DNA of 64,000 bases from a virus (IMGVR_UViG_3300035419_000202:1-64000); one strand, 5' to 3'. Numbered from the stretch's first letter, positions 54,935-63,277 are shown. Notes: generated by a model from the letters alone, not told the origin. Translations and numbers: made by a program.

Positions 54935-55430
54935 TACGCCACAAGTTCTGCGGAACATTGTATAACTCCATCCTACGATCTAAAGTCCAAATTCCTGTTT
55001 TAGCAAGCATTGGCATAATAGTATTGTTTATACGTTGGCTTTTGCCGCCGTCGTTGTTAATGTTAGTACTAATATAAAGTTCTGCGTTAGGATTTTTAGT
55101 TGCCCAATCAATCTGTATAGGCAATAGATAACTTAACTGTATTCCAGTTTTAAATATATTTCTACCAGTGCCTAACGTATAGCCTGGTAATTGTGCGCCT
55201 CTAAATAATAGTCTATAAGCATCAGGACTAACTTCAGGAAGTTTGTGAGCACCAGCAATACTTACAATACGGTCTTGGTCAAATGCTGCACACCAAAACG
55301 GACACCAGTCCCATTTCATTTTTTCTAAAGAAGTATTGTTACTATAAGACTGAGAATTACAGAATATCTCAACAGCACCTCTGTCAGTTTTAGATAATGT
55401 TCTAAACGTCAGTCTTCCAAGTTTTTCCAT
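54885..55430 (-). CDS. GNAT-family acyltransferase-like protein
   Basis: FWCAAFDQDRIVSIAG...YRLLFRGAQLPGY..G pattern and LYISTN; low-level similarity. Confidence 0.5.
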   Translation of the reverse strand: MEKLGRLTFRTLSKTDRGAVEIFCNSQSYSNNTSLEKMKWDWCPFWCAAFDQDRIVSIAGAHKLPEVSPDAYRLLFRGAQLPGYTLGTGRNIFKTGIQLSYLLPIQIDWATKNPNAELYISTNINNDGGKSQRINNTIMPMLAKTGIWTLDRRMELYNVPQNLWRINVSKYMEERNRSLNT

Positions 55431-56070
55431 TTGCTTCTTTTCTTCTATGTGAGAATGTCATTGTGCTTGTATCAAAAATATCACCTGTAGCTCTACCATT
55501 TATTATTGCTTCACCTAAAGAAGATGTTGCTGTTACAGGGTGAAACATTATATGATCATCTGTTGGTCGATTATGCAAATCAAAACTAGGACTATCATAA
55601 CCTATAAGAATAGGCGGAGGAAACTCAGTCATGCCATACCAGTTTGCTACACACTGTACACCTCTATTTTTAAATGCATTTATAAAGTCTTGATCTATTT
55701 TATTACTACCTGTTACCATGTAACGTACACAACTCATATCTAAGTCTTTAAAGCCTTTTGTACTTTGTAAAAGCTCTAAATGACGCGGTATAAGCGCAAT
55801 ATAAGACGGTTGTAAGCGTTTAAATGCTTGTATGTACGTATATGGTGTAAAGTTGCTACAAACGTACTGTGCGCCGCTTAAAACGCTAGGATACGCTGTT
55901 ATAGTCCAATGTGCAATAGTATTAGCAGGAAACACATCTAATACAACATCCTTGCTGGTTAGTTGTATTTCTTTAGCACTACGTCTAGCACATTCATTAA
56001 TGTATTCCCAAGAGTGTGTTATTTGTTTAGGTTCATCTGTACTACCTGATGTGTAAAGTGTTATACTCAT
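55402..56070 (-). CDS. Minimal AMP-binding (ANL adenylation) enzyme, 222 aa
   Basis: YTSGST..PK (A3 P-loop), NWYGMTE (A5), TGD (A7), R (A8). Confidence 0.8.
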   Translation of the reverse strand: MSITLYTSGSTDEPKQITHSWEYINECARRSAKEIQLTSKDVVLDVFPANTIAHWTITAYPSVLSGAQYVCSNFTPYTYIQAFKRLQPSYIALIPRHLELLQSTKGFKDLDMSCVRYMVTGSNKIDQDFINAFKNRGVQCVANWYGMTEFPPPILIGYDSPSFDLHNRPTDDHIMFHPVTATSSLGEAIINGRATGDIFDTSTMTFSHRRKEANGKTWKTDV

Positions 56071-56882
56071 AGTAGTCTATCCTTTAATATATCTGCTGTA
56101 TGTTTATGTACACCTATACCTGGATGGCCTGATATAGTACCGTTTTGTTTACAAATATCTCTAGCAAATTTTTTATTGTTATCGTCAATACCTAATAGAT
56201 CAATATCAATACGTATAATAGGCAAAGTAGTAGGAAAATAACTAAACATTGTTAATGGTATGTTGTTAGTTTTACAAAATACTTCTAACATGTTTACGTA
56301 TATTTCTGCTTCGTTTTGTAAGAAGTCAGTGCGTTCTAGTAATTCATAAGGTTCTACATAATTGCATTTAGGCCTATGACCGCCAGTAAATGTAAGAGCA
56401 AAATTATCTGTAAGAAATGTATATCCGTGTGCAGGCGGAAATTCAAAACATGCACTTTTTGGAGCACCGTGTAAGTTTACATAATTAAAAAATGATATAA
56501 CTTGTAGTTTAGTGCTGTATGTAGGACCAGCATAACTTAGCATAGGTGTGTCTAGTTCTTTAGACAATATATCAGTGTACCTATCTTTCTCGTCTACACC
56601 AATACCTAAAGTATAACTTGTGCCACTAAAATAAATTAAGTCTTTAGTTAAATCCACTTCATTAGACATACGTAATCCTAAACTGTTAAAGTTGTAATTA
56701 ATCTCTTTGCTATTGTATATCCAACTATTATCTTGATATTTTTTGTTACGCTCGTGTAGTCTTTCGTTATCAGGTCCGTAGTAATTAGAACTTGTATTAG
56801 GAATCATACTGTCGTGTTGATACGGCCAGTCAGTCTTTTTGTAAGGAATACAAGTATTCAATCTTGTTTTAATATTAGTCAT
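56067..56882 (-). CDS. SGNH/GDSL-like hydrolase or acyltransferase
   Basis: FSGTSYTLGIGV (block I-like) and C-terminal GHPG..H (block V-like). Confidence 0.55.
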   Translation of the reverse strand: MTNIKTRLNTCIPYKKTDWPYQHDSMIPNTSSNYYGPDNERLHERNKKYQDNSWIYNSKEINYNFNSLGLRMSNEVDLTKDLIYFSGTSYTLGIGVDEKDRYTDILSKELDTPMLSYAGPTYSTKLQVISFFNYVNLHGAPKSACFEFPPAHGYTFLTDNFALTFTGGHRPKCNYVEPYELLERTDFLQNEAEIYVNMLEVFCKTNNIPLTMFSYFPTTLPIIRIDIDLLGIDDNNKKFARDICKQNGTISGHPGIGVHKHTADILKDRLL

Positions 56883-57645
56883 TGTATGTAATATGAGTTT
56901 TGCTTTTTAATAATCTATCTACAGCATCATTTGATGGATCAGAGTGTAACAATATCCATTCATCATCGCCGTGGTTTACAGGAGCATGTACATTGCTAAC
57001 ATTAACTAGATAAACTTCACCGGGCTTAGGATTATAACTTGCACGTTCGTATTGCCAAGTGTCAGCAGGTGTTTCCCCTAACTGTGAAAAGAAATGCCAT
57101 GATGAATCCTTATTAGTTTCTAAATTAACATGTAACCTAATCATATGCTCTGACATATCTTCACCGTCGTGATCTCGATGAGGACCTATACCTGCTTCAG
57201 TGCCGCAATTCATAGCTCTACCCCAGGTCCATGCATCTTGTCCTAAGGTTTCAACCATATTTTTATATGCACCAAAATAATATTGATCTAAATGATTGTT
57301 CATTCCACTTTCCCAAGTAGAAACTTCTAATTCAGGAAACTTTTCTTTATCACAAAACATTGGTCCTGGTATAGGATCTGTTCTTTGTACAGGCCATTGT
57401 AAAGTCCAATAACCAGCATCCCCTACACAGATGCCGTTCATTCTAGGGTTTTCTAAGAAATGTGATTGGAATAAATCTTTCATAGAAAACAAAAATAGAC
57501 TTTCGGGAGAAGTAGTTTTTACAGTTTCAAACCATTCTAGTAAAGGTTTAGGATCTACAGTAACATTTAACTTTACCATATCCCAGTCTAAGTTTCTTAA
57601 ATCTTCTCTAGTATAGTTTTGTGGATCTGTAATTATTTTGGTCAT
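56875..57645 (-). CDS. Asp/Asn beta-hydroxylase-like Fe(II)/2OG dioxygenase
   Basis: IGPHRD...RLHVNL...VHAPVN. Confidence 0.8.
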   Translation of the reverse strand: MTKIITDPQNYTREDLRNLDWDMVKLNVTVDPKPLLEWFETVKTTSPESLFLFSMKDLFQSHFLENPRMNGICVGDAGYWTLQWPVQRTDPIPGPMFCDKEKFPELEVSTWESGMNNHLDQYYFGAYKNMVETLGQDAWTWGRAMNCGTEAGIGPHRDHDGEDMSEHMIRLHVNLETNKDSSWHFFSQLGETPADTWQYERASYNPKPGEVYLVNVSNVHAPVNHGDDEWILLHSDPSNDAVDRLLKSKTHITYND

Positions 57646-57647
57646 AA

Positions 57648-57690
57648 AAAAACTCCTTCTGTAGTATTTAACCTACATTTAGGAGTTTTT
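57648..57690 (-). terminator. Hairpin (terminator-like and SD-sequestering) with TAAATA in its loop
   Basis: AAAAACTCCT/AGGAGTTTTT outer stem, TGTAG/CTACA inner stem, T-run on the minus strand; 3' arm is the AGGAG SD of 56875..57645. Confidence 0.7.
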
Positions 57691-57702
57691 AAAGTAATGT
57701 GA

Positions 57703-58785
57703 TTAGTTTAAGTCTACCCAAGCACTGCCTGTGTAGCCTTGGAATTTAGTGTTTGTAGTATTAAAAATTATCATTCCTGCCGCTGGTGCTGTAACAGCTG
57801 CATCACGTGCTGCATCGTCTGCATATACACCTGGCTGTAATACTGGAGATTGGAATACACCAACATTATCTAATGTTGCTTTTTTAGCATCTGCTACGTC
57901 TGGTCCATTAAGAACAGCAAATACTAATTTACCAAGTGCTAATGTACTTACACCATCACTTGCTTGAGCAAGCTCTGCTCTAATGTTACACGGAGCAAGC
58001 GGAACTTCATTTCCGCCCGGAATTGTTACTAAGCCACCAAAGTCAAGTCTTCCTAAGTTATCACCAGTTTGTAATACTGTTTGACTTTCGTATGTTCCGT
58101 TGTGGTTATAAAATCCTAAGTTTGCACCAGATCCTTCAGTTGTACCATTTTTACTAGCAACAGTTAAACCTGCAACGTTTGCATTAGATACTACTGTAAT
58201 ACCTGTTTGTGATGTTAAATCATCATCTCTTGTATCAAACGTAGCATTTAGTGTAGTGTCAATTGCACCTTTAAATTTACCATCAGTGCCATCAATAACT
58301 AGTGAAGAGTCATCTGCATATACACTACCTGATACATCACCTGAAATGTTAATGTCATAAGTAGCACCTGTAACTAATCCACCTGATGAATCGTTTGCTG
58401 GAACAAATGATGCACCGTCCCATTTTAATACTTGTCCTACAACAGGAGCATTAGATGCTAAGTCTACATCTTGTAATGAGTTAAGTGATTTGTTTGATAG
58501 TACAGTTGGATCGCCTGGTTCAAATTCGCCGTTGCCAGCATTCCATACTAAACCTTGTCCGCCTGTAGGTGGTGTAGTTGTAATATCTACATCGTTTAAA
58601 TCGTCTACGCTTAAAGAGGAGTTAGCAACGTCAACAGCAATACCACCTGCAGTAGACCCATCGCCTACAAAAAGTTTTTTAGTATCTGTTGTATATATTA
58701 ATTCGCCTTCGGCTGGCACCGGCAAAGAAACACCATCGAGTGTTTGTCTTTGTGCATCTGTGCCTCTTCTTAATCGCAATGCCAT
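57703..58785 (-). CDS. Fibre-like structural protein with major-tropism-determinant-like N-terminal domain
   Basis: LRLRRGTDAQR...AEGELIYTTDTKKLFVGDG; two L.D(V)D...P..GQ.L.W repeats; C-terminal GMIIFNTTNTKFQGYTGSAW. Confidence 0.7.
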   Translation of the reverse strand: MALRLRRGTDAQRQTLDGVSLPVPAEGELIYTTDTKKLFVGDGSTAGGIAVDVANSSLSVDDLNDVDITTTPPTGGQGLVWNAGNGEFEPGDPTVLSNKSLNSLQDVDLASNAPVVGQVLKWDGASFVPANDSSGGLVTGATYDINISGDVSGSVYADDSSLVIDGTDGKFKGAIDTTLNATFDTRDDDLTSQTGITVVSNANVAGLTVASKNGTTEGSGANLGFYNHNGTYESQTVLQTGDNLGRLDFGGLVTIPGGNEVPLAPCNIRAELAQASDGVSTLALGKLVFAVLNGPDVADAKKATLDNVGVFQSPVLQPGVYADDAARDAAVTAPAAGMIIFNTTNTKFQGYTGSAWVDLN

Positions 58786-58819
58786 TTGTAATAACTCCTA
58801 ATATTTTAGTTCTTATATA

Positions 58820-58825
58820 TATTTA
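58820..58825 (-). promoter_or_regulatory. Late-promoter-like TAAATA
   Basis: ATAAATATAT upstream of AGGAG SD and ATG 58785. Confidence 0.5.
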
Positions 58826-58836
58826 TCATAAAAGAG

Positions 58837-59157
58837 TTATTTTCTTTTCTTCATAAATATCTTTGTTCGCTTGGTAATATCCTTTTTTACACGCTCTATA
58901 TCCACTACAAAGTTAACACTTTGCAATACATCTTCGTATTCTTGCATAAGATCTTCCATGCTTTGTTCGAACGCTTCGGAGTTTTCACCCATTGGCATTT
59001 TAGGATCGTTTTCTATAACCCATATTTTGCCGTCGGTAAATGTAACTTCAACGGCCTTAATGTATTCAGTAGGAACAACTTTTATGTCGATATTACCGAG
59101 TACTTCAGGCCATTTGTCAATAACTTGTTTGCTGAGCTTATTCTTTTTCTTAGGCAC
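58837..59157 (-). CDS. Hypothetical protein, 106 aa
   Basis: GTG start overlapping upstream stop by 8 nt; basic N- and C-termini. Confidence 0.65.
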   Translation of the reverse strand: MPKKKNKLSKQVIDKWPEVLGNIDIKVVPTEYIKAVEVTFTDGKIWVIENDPKMPMGENSEAFEQSMEDLMQEYEDVLQSVNFVVDIERVKKDITKRTKIFMKKRK

Positions 59158-59749
59158 TTTGGGCGGACTTCTTACTACTTTTCTTAGTAGGTACTAGATC
59201 TTCCGCCTGTTCTCTTAAACGCTTTGCTTCTTTAAATAAAGAATCTGCTTGAGAACGGTATTGTGCTGCTAAGTCTTCATCGCTTAAAACATCGTTAGAT
59301 GTTGGAGCAACTGGTGCTTCTGCAATCACAGGTTGAGTTTCTTCAGACGTTTTAGCATTATTACTTGACTGAGGTTGTAGAGCTAAGTCTTCTACTGTAA
59401 CACCTTTTTGTGTTGCAATAGCATCATTTAGTTCTGACAATACAACAGTGTTTTGCATGTCTGGAGTCATTTCAATTGTATTAGTTGGCATCTTTGCAAA
59501 CTTACCAGTAGCGGCAAATGCTCTAAGCATATTTCTACCATCTGGTAATACAGCTCTGTCCATTGCTTCTGCAAGTTCATATGCTGTTTGTCCTGCATTA
59601 GATTCAACTAATTGCATTAATGAGTCGTGTGCGTCTGATTCAAGACTGTCAGTGAATACAACCAAACACTGGTCTGCTTCTTTAGGTACAACTCTGTACG
59701 CTACAACGCAACGTCTTTTTGGATTTATTTGTCTTCCAATATGTTTCAT
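59150..59749 (-). CDS. Hypothetical protein, 199 aa
   Basis: GGAG SD; coiled-coil C-terminus (LAAQYRSQADSLFKEAKRLREQAE). Confidence 0.75.
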   Translation of the reverse strand: MKHIGRQINPKRRCVVAYRVVPKEADQCLVVFTDSLESDAHDSLMQLVESNAGQTAYELAEAMDRAVLPDGRNMLRAFAATGKFAKMPTNTIEMTPDMQNTVVLSELNDAIATQKGVTVEDLALQPQSSNNAKTSEETQPVIAEAPVAPTSNDVLSDEDLAAQYRSQADSLFKEAKRLREQAEDLVPTKKSSKKSAQSA

Positions 59750-59750
59750 A

Positions 59751-59999
59751 TTATTCTCCTGCTGGAGCCTCTTGTGCTTCCGCTTGTGCTTCTTGTTGTG
59801 CTTGTACAGCGTTTAAGAATGCTTCTAGTTTACTATACACCGTGCCAACAGTAGTCATTTCGTTAGGCTTAAAAGCGCCACGAGTTGATGCAACATCAAT
59901 AATTGACTTCATTGCTGTTAGATCTTGTACAGTAAGATCTGGAGCAGGTGCTTGTTCAGTAGCAGGTTGTTGTGCTTCTGTTTTGTTTTCGTCGCTCAT
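59751..59999 (-). CDS. Hypothetical protein, 82 aa
   Basis: AGGAG SD; preceded by TAAATA. Confidence 0.75.
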   Translation of the reverse strand: MSDENKTEAQQPATEQAPAPDLTVQDLTAMKSIIDVASTRGAFKPNEMTTVGTVYSKLEAFLNAVQAQQEAQAEAQEAPAGE

Positions 60000-60036
60000 A
60001 ATTTATAATCTCCTATATTAATATATATGCGTACTT

Positions 60037-60042
60037 TATTTA
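60037..60042 (-). promoter_or_regulatory. Late-promoter-like TAAATA overlapping a stop codon
   Basis: The TAA of 60040..60309 is the first half of TAAATA, upstream of the AGGAG SD of 59751..59999. Confidence 0.5.
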
Positions 60043-60309
60043 TTTGTACTTCAAATGTGGACATGCCAACATGAAATAACTTGCTTCTTTTGGATCTTCA
60101 AAACCTACTTTAATATTACTTTGTCCAAGGCCACGATGTTTTTCTCGTGACACATGGTATCTATTTTTTAAGTTTTCGAATATCCACTTTTCAATACTAC
60201 TTTCCATATTGTAAGAAATGGGTACGCTAACAACTTCAAAATGCCTAGGCAAATATTGAGTGCTGCGTACCCCAAAGTAGTTTAAAGGGTTAGGCTGTTT
60301 GAGCTTCAT
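60040..60309 (-). CDS. Hypothetical protein, about 89 aa
   Basis: Likely ATG at 60309 (MKLKQPNPLNYF), overlapping the VWA gene end. Confidence 0.65.
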   Translation of the reverse strand: MKLKQPNPLNYFGVRSTQYLPRHFEVVSVPISYNMESSIEKWIFENLKNRYHVSREKHRGLGQSNIKVGFEDPKEASYFMLACPHLKYK

Positions 60310-61597
60310 AGTGAGCTGTAACTCCAAATGGGGCTAGTAGTTCTTTATTATGATTACTGTGAATAATAAACACTGTATCACAGTAGTCGGGATCTCCCCA
60401 GCTATCCCAAGCATAACCGTCAGTAAACATTAAAAACTTTTTAGGCGTAATGCCTTGGTCTTTCATGTATGTCCAGTTACACATAAAGTCAGTACCACCA
60501 CCACCTAAGATTTCATATGACATCAAATCTTGGCCTTCTGCGGCAGTAAAGTCTTCCTCATTATAAACATTAGTATCAAAGCACCACAACTTAATAGCAT
60601 AGTCTTTGTACTCGTCCATAATACCTTTTACTTCACCTAAAAAGTCTTCAGCTTGCTGATTACCAATTGAACCACTCATGTCAATTGCAATACACAAGTC
60701 AATTGTATCCATAAAGTTCATACCAGGCAGTATAGCACCGGTGTGCCAACCTTTACGTGAAGGACGACTAAACGTATAGTCGCTTTTAATTGTTGATTGA
60801 ATTTGCTGACGAAGCAGGTCACGCCAGTTGATTTTAGGCTCTGTAAGCTCTTTGATCATACGTTCGACACCTTTAGGAACATTGCCAGCACCTGCACTCT
60901 GTGCGGCTGTTACCATGTTCTCTTTTATTTCGTCACGTATCTTTTTAAGTTCTTCTTTGCTGTAAGTAGGCTTCTTTCCTTCTTTACCTTTGCCATCGTC
61001 TTTGCCGTCCTTGCCAGATGAACCGCCTTCATCGCCGTCACCGTCAGTCCAGTCAATATGTTCGTCTAGCAATTCACCTAATGCATTAAGTTGATCTTCG
61101 TCATACTTTTCAAACAAGTCATCATAAACTTCTTCTGAAGTCCAGTCTTCATATTTAAAGTCTTGGTAACAGTCTACAATCTTAGGCTTAGTACCAATGC
61201 TGTCTCTTACAAGAATGTTGTTTACAATGTAGTCTTGTGCAATGTTAGACAGCATAGCATCTAAGTTTCGGTCTTGCCAAGTTCTACGTTCTAAGTGATC
61301 AAATACACAGTGTAAAATTTCGTGTGCAATAACAAACTCAATTTCTTTATTGTCCATTGCATTAAAGAACTGAGTGTTAAAAAATAAGTTTCTGCCATCT
61401 ACGGCTGCTGTAGGACACCAGTCGTCTGCGGCTTGAATTTTAAGGCGTGTTGCCATATTACCAAAGAAAGGGTGCTTAAGAAGAAGTCCTACTCGTGCAA
61501 CAATAATGCGATCAAGTACTTCTTCACGCATTACTTTAAGTTCGGATTCAGTAATATCTGGATTAGGTGCCCAGTTCTTTTTACCTTCTACGCTCAT
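60290..61597 (-). CDS. VWA-domain protein with N-terminal HExxH metallopeptidase-like domain (DUF2201-type)
   Basis: AHEILH zinc motif; acidic/Gly linker; MIDAS IDMSGS; FTDG. Confidence 0.9.
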   Translation of the reverse strand: MSVEGKKNWAPNPDITESELKVMREEVLDRIIVARVGLLLKHPFFGNMATRLKIQAADDWCPTAAVDGRNLFFNTQFFNAMDNKEIEFVIAHEILHCVFDHLERRTWQDRNLDAMLSNIAQDYIVNNILVRDSIGTKPKIVDCYQDFKYEDWTSEEVYDDLFEKYDEDQLNALGELLDEHIDWTDGDGDEGGSSGKDGKDDGKGKEGKKPTYSKEELKKIRDEIKENMVTAAQSAGAGNVPKGVERMIKELTEPKINWRDLLRQQIQSTIKSDYTFSRPSRKGWHTGAILPGMNFMDTIDLCIAIDMSGSIGNQQAEDFLGEVKGIMDEYKDYAIKLWCFDTNVYNEEDFTAAEGQDLMSYEILGGGGTDFMCNWTYMKDQGITPKKFLMFTDGYAWDSWGDPDYCDTVFIIHSNHNKELLAPFGVTAHYEAQTA

Positions 61598-61627
61598 GTG
61601 CTATGTCCTTTCTAAGTTTATATATGT

Positions 61628-61656
61628 ATTATACAAGTATTTACTGAGTTTGTCAA
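61628..61656 (-). promoter_or_regulatory. Perfect sigma70-type promoter TTGACA-N17-TATAAT
   Basis: Minus strand TTGACA 61656-61651, TATAAT 61633-61628; the spacer also contains TAAATA. Confidence 0.85.
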
Positions 61657-61667
61657 CCATAAAAGGT

Positions 61668-61695
61668 GAAAGGGCGAGTATTAACCCGCCCTTTC
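61668..61695 (-). terminator. Intrinsic terminator-like hairpin after the AAA+ gene
   Basis: GAAAGGGCG/CGCCCTTTC stem, extendable to 11 bp with a G-U pair, TTAATA loop, followed by ACCTTTT. Confidence 0.75.
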
Positions 61696-61700
61696 TATTC

Positions 61701-62789
61701 TTATGAACCCTGTGCAGCCTTAATATACTTGCCATAACGTTCATGGAATTCATCAAAGCATTCCACAGCGTCCGGATCAATGGGCAATGAGTACTGAGTA
61801 AGTGCGAGCTTAATGCCCATTACAACTAATTCAGTATCAAAGTTATCCATCGAAAATCGCAGGAAGTTGTTAACTTTATTATCAAAGTCTTTGTCGTTCT
61901 TGTTATCAGCTTCTTGCAGCTCATAACACAATGACACAGTGAGGGAATACATAGCACTGATTTCTTTACTGGCCATCTCCTTGACTTTTCCTGCTAAGAT
62001 ATCACTTGGATTAGGCATCTGAGACGCAACTTTACGATGCGCCATAAACTTGACAGCCAAGCCTTCTCCAACTGATCCACTAACTAAGTCTGTAGTAGTG
62101 GTTTCGTCTAGATCGTCTTCGAGCAATTCACTCACAAACGACCATGAACGAGGTGTTGCAAATGATCGGCTTGCACTTCTTGGATCGAAGTCATACAAGT
62201 CTTTCTTTGCAAATGTTAAGTAACCAACAACATCTTTGTGTTGATTGTTAGTAACAGCCCACTGGAACCAGTCATCAAATGACACAGTAAGTTCTAAGTG
62301 GATAAAACGGTTTGCTAACGGAGCAGGCATTCTATAAGTAACACCTTTGTCAGCTTCACGGTTACCAGCCGCAACAATTACCACATTGTCTGGCAATTTG
62401 TATTGACCAACTCTACGATTAAGAATCAGCTGATATGCAGCCGCTTGTACAGCAGGCGCCGCTGAGTTCATTTCGTCTAAGAATAAAACGACATAGTCGT
62501 ATTGTGATGCAAACTCTTCGGTAGGAAGTTCTGCAGGTGCGCCCCACACCATTGTACCTGAATTGCTATCAAAGTACGGAATACCTTTAATGTCTGTAGG
62601 TTCCCAAAGTGACAAACGAATGTCAATCAAATGTGAATTACCAAGGTCATTAGTAATTTGTCCTACAATCTCGGACTTACCAATACCTGGGGGACCCCAA
62701 AGGAAGATAGGACGATTTTTGCGAATAGCATGATTAATGCTTGCTTTTGCGCCGTTGGGCGAAACTGTTCTTGTGATTACGTTTTCCAT
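61701..62789 (-). CDS. MoxR-family AAA+ ATPase
   Basis: Walker A GPPGIGKS, Walker B VLFLDE, AAGN, LANRF, TPRSW; adjacent to a VWA gene. Confidence 0.9.
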   Translation of the reverse strand: MENVITRTVSPNGAKASINHAIRKNRPIFLWGPPGIGKSEIVGQITNDLGNSHLIDIRLSLWEPTDIKGIPYFDSNSGTMVWGAPAELPTEEFASQYDYVVLFLDEMNSAAPAVQAAAYQLILNRRVGQYKLPDNVVIVAAGNREADKGVTYRMPAPLANRFIHLELTVSFDDWFQWAVTNNQHKDVVGYLTFAKKDLYDFDPRSASRSFATPRSWSFVSELLEDDLDETTTTDLVSGSVGEGLAVKFMAHRKVASQMPNPSDILAGKVKEMASKEISAMYSLTVSLCYELQEADNKNDKDFDNKVNNFLRFSMDNFDTELVVMGIKLALTQYSLPIDPDAVECFDEFHERYGKYIKAAQGS

Positions 62790-62836
62790 ATTGTATTACC
62801 TCTAGTTATCAGTGCGAATTTCTAACTTATGTATAT

Positions 62837-62865
62837 ATAATACTACCAATAGAGAGTAAAGTCAA
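62837..62865 (-). promoter_or_regulatory. sigma70-type promoter TTGACT-N17-TATATT
   Basis: Minus strand with A-tracts upstream (UP-like); upstream of the AAA+ gene. Confidence 0.7.
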
Positions 62866-62887
62866 CCTTTTTCTGCAGTTTTTTTAA

Positions 62888-63277
62888 TTATTTTTCGTCT
62901 TTATTTTGGCGGGCAAGTGCTTTAGCAAGTCCGTACTTGCGAAGATCACCGGAGAAAAGAGACAGTTCGACTGCCTTCTTTTGGTGTGTTACTTGTATAG
63001 ATCTTGGTCCTATGTAGTACGGACAGTCGATAAACTTGTCTAAAAATATAATAACTTGAGTAGTCATGGGCATATCGTGTGGATAAGGAACATCGTATGT
63101 TGCCACTTCTGCTTGTGTAAGTGCATCTAAACCTGCATCTGTAAGTCTAAGTCCACCAGCATCCTTGCTACGTGTATTATGCCACCACAACGGCATATGC
63201 TCCTTAACAGACAAGTCGTTAAAACTTTTGCCTAGTTCTTTTAGGAATAACTTTGTGTAGGTTTCTTTCCAGTTCAT
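62888..63277 (-). CDS. Hypothetical protein, 129 aa
   Basis: ATGA overlap with upstream gene; normal codon use. Confidence 0.75.
   Translation of the reverse strand: MNWKETYTKLFLKELGKSFNDLSVKEHMPLWWHNTRSKDAGGLRLTDAGLDALTQAEVATYDVPYPHDMPMTTQVIIFLDKFIDCPYYIGPRSIQVTHQKKAVELSLFSGDLRKYGLAKALARQNKDEK

Noticed and set aside
25231-57645. DNA base hypermodification as the purpose of the island
   Set aside because: Not preferred: no thymidylate-synthase-like, dNMP kinase or TET/JBP-type genes recognised here, and the island is flanked by fibre genes. It cannot be excluded without the rest of the genome.
57703-58785. Diversity-generating retroelement suggested by the Mtd-like domain
   Set aside because: No reverse transcriptase, no template/variable repeat pair and no C-type lectin tip were seen in the window.
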